From: a virus
Taxonomy: Duplodnaviria > Caudoviricetes
Strand: one strand, 5' to 3'
DNA: 32,210 nt
Virus record (IMG/VR): IMGVR_UViG_3300033415_000010
Coordinates: 1-32,210 of that record
A model generated the notes under the pieces. The model ran no database searches and was not told the DNA's origin. It saw nothing but the letters and a program-made list of their open reading frames with translations. The stretch's first letter is position 1. Each line of letters opens with the position of its first letter. A program made the position numbers and the translations under genes. This document shows, piece by piece, positions 7,821 to 14,404 of the stretch.

Positions 7821-8714
7821 TTAGTACCAAGCGTTGCCGTTCTCCAGAATCACAGCGTCGAGTTCATCTTCGCGGAGATTACTGTGCTCGGGGAAAGTAT
7901 TCTTGAACGCACTACGTAGCTTCCGAAGCGACGACTGCGGATCGAGCGCCCTGGGTGTTGTGCCCTTGGCCCCCTCGTACTGCTCCGCCATTGTGAGAAG
8001 ACGCTCCAGGTCGTCGGTGTCCACCTGGTCGTCGTAGGGATCGTCATACTCATCGAACTCGTCCGGGATCAGGTCGCCGTTGGCGTCGAAGACTCCCGAC
8101 TCTAAGTGCTGGCTGATGTGTGCGACACCTCCCTTGCGGGAGAAGCCTTGGAAGCGGTCGATGTAGGGCTCGTACCCGAAGTTCGAGAACCAACAGCCGA
8201 GGTCCTCGACGCCAGCTTCGCGGTTGAGGAAAAACACTGCGCCGTCGCTACGATGGATAACCATCTTGTTGTGGCTACCGATCATGTTTTCCAGCAGGGT
8301 GACGCCATACTCGTGTTGAAGGAACCACGGGTCGCGACGAAGCAGTGGGTCGAGAATGTCCTCGACGAAGCAACCCGTGTCGCTCGTAACCTTCGTACTG
8401 CGATGGTCAAGGATACCGTTGTGATGGATAGCAAAACTGAAACCTTCGTGACAGTCGGTGACAGGCCACGGATGACAGTTGCGGGCATCCTGCGCTCCGT
8501 GGGTGGCAAAGCGGTAGTGAACCACGAGATCGCGGTGGTGGTGATTCTTCATGCCGGACATGAGTGCGGCATGTGAGAAGAATCCCTTCTCGATGTGGAG
8601 CTTCCCGTCTTCGACGTAGCTAAAGCCTGCGCCGTGCGGGTTGCCAGTGAAGCAGGTCTCGTAAAGGGACTCCTTAAGAGTGACGCCGGCGGGTTTGTGG
8701 ATTATGATGCACAT
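7821..8714 (-). CDS. class II (Ntn) glutamine amidotransferase
   Basis: True start MCIII with Cys2 nucleophile; NPHGAG, HYRFATHG, NCHP, HNG, SDT motifs; acidic C-terminal extension. Confidence 0.9.
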   Translation of the reverse strand: MCIIIHKPAGVTLKESLYETCFTGNPHGAGFSYVEDGKLHIEKGFFSHAALMSGMKNHHHRDLVVHYRFATHGAQDARNCHPWPVTDCHEGFSFAIHHNGILDHRSTKVTSDTGCFVEDILDPLLRRDPWFLQHEYGVTLLENMIGSHNKMVIHRSDGAVFFLNREAGVEDLGCWFSNFGYEPYIDRFQGFSRKGGVAHISQHLESGVFDANGDLIPDEFDEYDDPYDDQVDTDDLERLLTMAEQYEGAKGTTPRALDPQSSLRKLRSAFKNTFPEHSNLREDELDAVILENGNAWY

Positions 8715-8718
8715 GGGA

Positions 8719-10155
8719 TTAAATCTGTTCAGTGGTTTCGACGGTGACGGTTGCTGTGGCGGGCTCCGGCATGACAAGCTCAGGTGTCTCGGTCGTGACA
8801 CTCTCGATGCGTGCGTTGTGGGGCTGAGTAACAACCGGAGCAGGTTCAAGCGAGGAAAGCTTCTTCCTAAGAGGACGCAGCCAACCAAGCTCGACGCAGC
8901 GAGCGAAGAGGTAGGGATACGCCTTGCGATTCGAGCGCACCCAAGGGATGAAATCCTGGGTGAAGTCGAGCCCGGTGAGCGCACGACAGGGACCGCAGAA
9001 CTCCACCACTGCGGCAGAGAACTCAATGGCTGCCAGGATACGCTCCGAGCGGGTGTTGCCCTTAAAAATACGGAACTCAATCGTAGCCGCGTTGGTCAAG
9101 TTGACCGCCTCGTAGCGGTCACCTTCGTACTTGGCGTCTCGGAACATCTTCGAGGATTTTAGCTCGGAGTAGTGGCCGCTCTTTCGACGCGCAATTCGCT
9201 CGACGTAGCCGTTGTTCCCCGGGCTATTGATAAAGACCAGTATCCTACCGATCTGGAGGTGTGTCAGCGGAGCACGACTGACATGGACGTGAATGCCGCA
9301 CTTGTCATTGTCGCCACTAAGACCCGAGCGGACTTGGTTCCACCGCACGGAGTCCCAAGTCTTGCGGTGTTCGTCAAGCGACATGGGCGCACTCACGATC
9401 TCAAAACCGTTTCCGATACTGCCGTCATGGGCACAGAGAACGCGGTCCCTTTCGCTGTTCAGCGCATCGAGGACACTCTGCGCCTTGACGGAACAATCCC
9501 CGTCGTACTGGACTTCCACTTCGACACCGTACCAGAGAGGGCCTTCACCAATCTTCTTCGGGATCTCGTAGCTGTGGTAGTTGTGGATCGGACCGGAGTC
9601 TTCGTCTACCTCGTGGCAATTTTCGCAGCAGTCTTGACCCCCGCTCCAGTCATCCCCATCAACCCAAGTGTCGCAACACTCGCAGTAGTGGAAGTTATCC
9701 CGAGCATACTGATTCAAGTACAATCCGTTTAAGCCCCGGACCTCGACGAAACTGTTGTCACTGGAATAATACTGCTGATAGCCTTCGCAGAAGGTGTAGT
9801 CCCGATCCCGGACAGGCGTGCAGACCACGCGTTCCTCGGCGCTTCGCCTACGATACGTTGAGTAGGTGCGATAGACCGGGTGCAGGTCGTCTTGATAGTA
9901 GGTGTCCCCGGTCTCATCGCAGGTGCCATAGCTGTCGCTGTAGCAGCCCCCGCAGATCAGGCGACCGTCATGCGTCGTGTGCATCTCGTCGCGCTTACTA
10001 TAAGTGTGGCAGTCATCACACTCGGCGTACTCCTCGTGGAACTCGTCGTCCTCGGACTCGTGGACCCAGCCCACGTTGTCGTACTCTTTCCAGTTATCAG
10101 ACGCGGGAAACTCCGTGCCGCGGTAGTCGCTGGTTCTCAGGATATTTTCAGACAT
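8719..10155 (-). CDS. putative amidoligase (COOH-NH2 ligase, glutamine synthetase-like fold) with N-terminal Cys-rich repeats
   Basis: YGVEVE, HDGS..GFEIVSAP, CGIHVHV, RYEAVN, TIEFRIFKG; several CxxC pairs at the N-terminus. Confidence 0.88.
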   Translation of the reverse strand: MSENILRTSDYRGTEFPASDNWKEYDNVGWVHESEDDEFHEEYAECDDCHTYSKRDEMHTTHDGRLICGGCYSDSYGTCDETGDTYYQDDLHPVYRTYSTYRRRSAEERVVCTPVRDRDYTFCEGYQQYYSSDNSFVEVRGLNGLYLNQYARDNFHYCECCDTWVDGDDWSGGQDCCENCHEVDEDSGPIHNYHSYEIPKKIGEGPLWYGVEVEVQYDGDCSVKAQSVLDALNSERDRVLCAHDGSIGNGFEIVSAPMSLDEHRKTWDSVRWNQVRSGLSGDNDKCGIHVHVSRAPLTHLQIGRILVFINSPGNNGYVERIARRKSGHYSELKSSKMFRDAKYEGDRYEAVNLTNAATIEFRIFKGNTRSERILAAIEFSAAVVEFCGPCRALTGLDFTQDFIPWVRSNRKAYPYLFARCVELGWLRPLRKKLSSLEPAPVVTQPHNARIESVTTETPELVMPEPATATVTVETTEQI

Positions 10156-10204
10156 GGTAGTATTTGATTTATGGTTACTATCATCTTAAGCCTGCTACGC
10201 AGGC

Positions 10205-10402
10205 TTAAGATTCATCCTCGATGCTGTTGCAGTTCTGCCTCGGGGTGGCCGAACGCTTCACACTTGGAAGCGGTTCGTGGTACCAAGCCTCAACATCCTC
10301 GATGCCGTAGGCGCTAAGCAGCGTCTCCGCGGCGATTGCTTCGAGCTTCCAGTGTTTTGCGGCCTTACTGGGATGCCGTAGATTCCTGATTTTCATTGTC
10401 AT
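10205..10402 (-). CDS. hypothetical protein
   Basis: 65-aa ORF with A-rich leader. Confidence 0.55.
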   Translation of the reverse strand: MTMKIRNLRHPSKAAKHWKLEAIAAETLLSAYGIEDVEAWYHEPLPSVKRSATPRQNCNSIEDES

Positions 10403-10472
10403 TTTATTTGTTGGCTAACGGGAAATCATGTTAGTGTGTGTTGCTGAGTAACACCCAGTCAACACAGAATTT

Positions 10473-10673
10473 TCAGGCTGCATCCCAACCGAAACGCGCC
10501 GCCAGTCGGTTGAGCGTGTTGAAGGCGTCCGACCAGGCCGCAGCAGGAGGAGTGACCTGAACCGCCAAGGCATAGGGATTCCCGAAGGGGCGCGCCCGGA
10601 TTGAGAAGTCGTCCGAGATGAAGAAAAGGAGGGTTTCCCCTCCGGTAAGTCTGGTCAAATAGGTTGTACTCAT
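10473..10673 (-). CDS. hypothetical protein
   Basis: 66-aa ORF directly after a terminator hairpin. Confidence 0.6.
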   Translation of the reverse strand: MSTTYLTRLTGGETLLFFISDDFSIRARPFGNPYALAVQVTPPAAAWSDAFNTLNRLAARFGWDAA

Positions 10674-10679
10674 GGCATG

Positions 10680-10710
10680 AAAAAACCCGCCTTGGTTGAA
10701 GGCGGGTTTT
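10680..10710 (-). terminator. intrinsic terminator
   Basis: AAAACCCGCC/GGCGGGTTTT stem with U-tract on the minus strand. Confidence 0.75.
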
Positions 10711-10733
10711 CGTTGTGGGTTTGGGTGGCGGGG

Positions 10734-11150
10734 TTAATCGGCACGCCGAGCATAAGCAATCTTGCGTGCCGCAAGGATTGTATCCGCAGCAGCGTTGGCG
10801 GTAAGGCGGTTGACTGTTGTCCAGCACTCCTGAGTATAAGAGTCCTCGAACGCCGAAACCAGTGTGTAGCAATACCGCCTCGACCCGTCTGGCAGATCAT
10901 AAGCGATCTCATGCACCTCACCGCCGGAAATCGTGCCAACGAAGCCCACGCTCTCGGCGGGCTTCACCCAAAGGACCGAAGCGCCCGCCTTCTTCAGCCT
11001 TTCGCAGGCGTTGTCCTCCACCAAGCACCAAAACCCGGTGGCTTTGAGCCTGATGATGTTGGACACCTTTCCGCCGCCTACAACTATGAAGAATTTGCAG
11101 TTCTCAGATGTTGCCGTATCCGGCACCGTTGATGGTAAGTTATCTTTCAT
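10734..11150 (-). CDS. hypothetical protein
   Basis: MKDNLPS start after an ATAAATCAA leader. Confidence 0.65.
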   Translation of the reverse strand: MKDNLPSTVPDTATSENCKFFIVVGGGKVSNIIRLKATGFWCLVEDNACERLKKAGASVLWVKPAESVGFVGTISGGEVHEIAYDLPDGSRRYCYTLVSAFEDSYTQECWTTVNRLTANAAADTILAARKIAYARRAD

Positions 11151-11170
11151 TTGATTTATCCGGTTAAAAG

Positions 11171-11210
11171 AAAAACCCGGCTGCGGAGCAAGTCTCATTC
11201 AGCCGGGTTT
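11171..11210 (-). terminator. intrinsic terminator
   Basis: AAACCCGGCTG/CAGCCGGGTTT stem followed by a U-tract on the minus strand. Confidence 0.7.
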
Positions 11211-11247
11211 ATGGTTTAGCTTCGTGCATTTTCGATTCAGTAACAGG

Positions 11248-11460
11248 CTAGGCGTCTCGCCTCCCCTCAATCACAAAGGGAAGAGTTCTGCCTGGACCTC
11301 CGTTTATCTTGTGCAGCTCCTTGCGGAGCGTCTGAAGGATGAACGCGGTACGTGTCATCCCTAGATTGTGCGCCATGCTTGTAACTTGGGCAAGTGTGCC
11401 GGGGTCGAAGCTGACGCTTGTTGGCACGGTTAAGCGTGCCGGATGGTATCTGGTTGTCAT
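11248..11460 (-). CDS. ribbon-helix-helix (CopG/Arc-like) DNA-binding protein
   Basis: TSVSFDPGTLAQVTSMAHNLGMTRTAFILQTL; the track's N-terminal extension only reads through the repeats. Confidence 0.75.
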   Translation of the reverse strand: MTTRYHPARLTVPTSVSFDPGTLAQVTSMAHNLGMTRTAFILQTLRKELHKINGGPGRTLPFVIEGRRDA

Positions 11461-11464
11461 AATG

Positions 11465-11657
11465 CCACACGCAAGCCTTGGGTGATTGGCCAAAGGTTTG
11501 CGTGTGGAAAGTGAAAGACGACTTGCTTGTAATAAGTCGTCTTTGTGGGGTACCACTACCTGTAGTGTGGGTACTCCTACAGGTTGTGGTCTATGCGACA
11601 AATTTTCTTTGCTTAGGACCACAACCTGTAGTGTTGGTACTCCTACAGGTTGTGGTC
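11465..11657. repeat. cluster of four palindromes, the last two a 41-bp direct repeat
   Basis: IRs at 11465-11507 and 11514-11544; GACCACAACCTGTAG-N11-CTACAGGTTGTGGTC at 11617-11657 with a variant at 11551-11591. Confidence 0.9.
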
Positions 11658-11678
11658 TGATGTAAAAAAGATTTATCG

Positions 11679-12257
11679 TCACACCATTCCTGCAAGCCGG
11701 AAGCTATAAAAGCCCCGGTGCGCCGGATCTCTGTCAGGGACACCCAAGATGACGTGATCTGACAGCTCAATCCCGAGGATGCGCGCAGCTTCCCTGAGTT
11801 GCCGGGTGATAGCCAAGTCTGAAGAACTAGGCTCCGGGTCGCCACTTGGGTGGTTGTGCGCTATGGCAATGCAGGCCGCACCATCCCGGATGGCTTGGCG
11901 GAAGACCTCGCGGGGATGCGCCAAACTCTGAGTTGCCGTGCCGGACGTGACTTCAGTGACACGAATCACCCTGCGCCGGGTGTTCATGCTGATTGTCCAA
12001 AACTTCTCGATTTCAAGGCCGTAGGCCTTGGGCAGGAGAAGTTTGTAGATGTCTTCCGGCGCTGCCAAGACAGCAGGGGGCGGGTTTGCCGAGGTAGCAG
12101 CCTCTTTCAAGAGAGACTGCGCGGCAACCAAGGCCGCTTTTCGGCGGGGGGAAAGACGGACTGGGCAATCTTGTACATCGATCTTGGATAACCCGCCTTC
12201 CTGGAGTATCCAGTCACAGGCCGGACCTGGACCGATGAGTGCTTCGATGGCGTTCAT
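11679..12257 (-). CDS. radC: RadC-like JAB/MPN domain protein
   Basis: E-x-F, HPREVFRQAI, AHNHPSGDPEPSSSD, LGIELSDHVI. Confidence 0.93.
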   Translation of the reverse strand: MNAIEALIGPGPACDWILQEGGLSKIDVQDCPVRLSPRRKAALVAAQSLLKEAATSANPPPAVLAAPEDIYKLLLPKAYGLEIEKFWTISMNTRRRVIRVTEVTSGTATQSLAHPREVFRQAIRDGAACIAIAHNHPSGDPEPSSSDLAITRQLREAARILGIELSDHVILGVPDRDPAHRGFYSFRLAGMV

Positions 12258-12343
12258 AAAGAGCCCCTCCGGAGCTCGATTAGGGTGATGGCTGCGAGAA
12301 GCACGAGCAGGCACCCGCAAAAGATTAGGAAAAACATGGCATG

Positions 12344-12372
12344 AAAAAAAACCCACCTCTTTTGAAGGCGGG
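12344..12372 (-). terminator. intrinsic terminator
   Basis: Minus strand CCCGCCT-TCAAAAG-AGGTGGG followed by T8. Confidence 0.7.
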
Positions 12373-12379
12373 CTTGGGA

Positions 12380-12475
12380 TTAACTTTTACGTGCCGCACG
12401 GGCGATGGTGCCCGTGCTGGGGAAGGAGACGCCATCAATTACGATGGCGTGCGGGGTGAGGTTGACCAGCGGCAT
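12380..12475 (-). pseudogene. 31-aa remnant of an NLTPH-motif phage protein
   Basis: MPLVNLTPHAIVIDGVSFPSTGTIARAARKS-stop; resembles the N-terminus of longer phage proteins recalled from memory. Confidence 0.5.
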
Positions 12476-12485
12476 GGCTGCAAAG

Positions 12486-13237
12486 CGAAACCCTGAACGG
12501 AATTGCTCAGGGTTTCGTGTTGAAGTCAAAAGCCAGTGGGTGATTATCCCCACTGGCTTTGAGGTTGAACGTCCATGCTAACTTTTCTCCGCATGGACTG
12601 CGTGTTTTACTTCGCACCTTAAAAGATCGCTGCGAAGGCATGTCGGTAAAGCCGGACATGCTGGCTTCTGACACGGGAAAAACTCAGGTCGCGAGACCTG
12701 CTTTCCTGGTGTGGAGAGTGTTTTAATCCGCTTCTCTCAACGGTTTACTAAAGAAGGCTTTTGCTTTTGTGGCCAGCCAAACAAACCACGTAACGAGCCC
12801 TTGAGATCAGGTCCGCCTGGCTTCTAGGTGCTAGGTCCACAAGCTCGCGCAAAGGCGTTTTGCTTGTGGCTTCATGGGATGCGCAGAACGCGTCCCGATG
12901 GGTAGAGTTAAAACTCGTCCCCATGCTTTGCTTTTCAGTTCAAAGCCCTTGGAAGCCAATTAAAAGAATCGGCAAAGCAGTAGCTTAACCTCACTACAAG
13001 GTGCCCTTTGCTTTTCTGGCCGAATCTGGCCCCGCTTTATCCCATACTCGGTCTCCATTTGATCCTACCTCTTTTCCCCTGCGCCTTGCGCGGGGTTTCA
13101 AAAGTCGCAGACTATTGCGGGTCTGAGGCTAAGGAGCTTGGGGCGGCTCACCGTGAGCCCCCTTAAAGGGCTTTCTGGCAATGCTTCCGCCTGTACTCCG
13201 TCGAGGGGCGAGAGCCCCGCGCAATGGCGCGGGGCTC
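12486..13237 (-). ncRNA. candidate large structured RNA / 5' leader
   Basis: No ORF of 60 aa or more in any frame; more than 10 closely spaced hairpins; repeated AAAAGCAAA on the minus strand; TTGACG at 13238-13243; strand uncertain. Confidence 0.45.
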
Positions 13238-13303
13238 CGTCAAAATTTACGAGACTTTTCTGTGCGGGATTGCGTGCAATGGCACGCGAGAAAAAGAACT
13301 TTT

Positions 13304-13381
13304 GCAGCTGATAAGGGCTACTTGCTGCCCTCGTAGTGGGAAAACCACTACGAGGGCAGAATAGTAGCCCTTATCAGCTGC
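13304..13381. repeat. 78-bp near-perfect palindrome
   Basis: GCAGCTGATAAGGGCTACT-TG-CTGCCCTCGTAGTGG-GAAAA-CCACTACGAGGGCAG-AAT-AGTAGCCCTTATCAGCTGC. Confidence 0.92.
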
Positions 13382-13591
13382 GCAGCGGCGGGGCGGAGGC
13401 CGGGGCGGGGGCGGCGGAGACGATGGAGGTGGGCATGGGATGGGTGGATTAAGCAAATAGGATTTATCTCAAGGCATTGACTCTAATCCCTACCTATTTA
13501 GTCGGGATTAGCGGAGTCCCTGCTTAAGTGCCGGACTCCTACCCATGCGGAGCGCACCCGAGAGAGGGGCAAAAATCACACCCAAAAATCT

Positions 13592-13621
13592 CGTAAATCG
13601 TTGGTAGTCTAAGGACTTACG
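13592..13621. other. 11-8-11 dyad resembling a tyrosine-recombinase (Xer/cer-type) site
   Basis: CGTAAATCGTT-GGTAGTCT-AAGGACTTACG; arms are 9/11 inverted matches. Confidence 0.4.
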
Positions 13622-14087
13622 TAAGTGCCTAAAGCCTCTGAAAAGAGACTAATGGCTGATTGATAATGAGATCCAGTATCAGCGAGGGGGGCCTCCGGGG
13701 GACTGGGCACCTGGCTGCACGCGAAAGCATATGGGTGCTTTCCGCACTTTCCGAAGTTAGGCCCGTTTTCATCAGTTAGGTTTAGTTAAGTTTATTCCAG
13801 AGACATACGATGTCCGACCCCCGGATTCAAGATTTACGACCATCTAAGAAAGTTAGGCTCACCTAACATTATTAGGAAAGCCGTAGGACATGCCGTGTCC
13901 GACCCCCGATTAGGTTTACTCTAGTTTATCCGACGAGAATGAGTTTCAACACGAGGGCTCCGAACGGTTCTTATCTTAAGTAAACAAGTAGCGATAAATG
14001 CTAGCCCCCCGCACCCCCTCGGAGTGCCGGGCCGGAACGGCCAACAAATGGGCCATTGGTACAAAGTCAGTCCAGCCACTTTTGATA

Positions 14088-14355
14088 CCACGGACCACAC
14101 ACAACCCACTCCCCCTGCCGGAGATACCCCAATACAGGTCCAATGGTCCAATCTTTTTTAATAATAAAATTATATTATATACATAGATATACACACACAC
14201 ACACGCTATATGTAACGTCTCGTATAAGGGAAGGACTACCCCCCCCCCTAACCTGTGGACCACGGACCAATTTGGGGTTAACCCCTTGGCCCATCGTAGG
14301 TTTGTGCGGGTCCAACGTCAAAAATAGCCCCCGTCCCACCCCAAAGCGGTCCATC
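14088..14355. other. candidate replication origin
   Basis: Seven GGWCCA hexamers around an AT-rich, (AT)n(AC)n core at 14152-14213, just downstream of the D5 helicase gene. Confidence 0.55.
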
Positions 14356-14367
14356 CTTTTTGCCGAC

Positions 14368-14398
14368 AAAAAACCCCTTAGTTTTTGGCTAAGGGGTT
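14368..14398 (-). terminator. intrinsic terminator of the primase-helicase operon
   Basis: AACCCCTTAG/CTAAGGGGTT stem plus T-tract, 6 nt after the stop. Confidence 0.75.
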
Positions 14399-14404
14399 GA
14401 TAAT

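Larger units (their letters stand above)
7478..7825. repeat. 34-bp tandem duplication plus a third copy 300 bp away
   Basis: TTTTAGTTGGTATGCGTCTAGTTTCTTC(A/G)TGTTA at 7485 and 7519; 7478-7518 is identical to 7778-7818. Confidence 0.9.

Noticed and set aside
8715-9080. N-terminal extension of the GATase ORF in the track
   Set aside because: Overlaps the amidoligase; Ntn enzymes need Cys at the mature N-terminus, so the start is 8714
11551-11657. CRISPR array
   Set aside because: Only two repeats, the spacer is shorter than the repeat, no typical GAAAC/GAAAG end and no cas operon; kept as a repeat
13247-14400. Short ORFs in the non-coding block
   Set aside because: Low-complexity translations of palindromes and microsatellite-like tracts, with no coding signal
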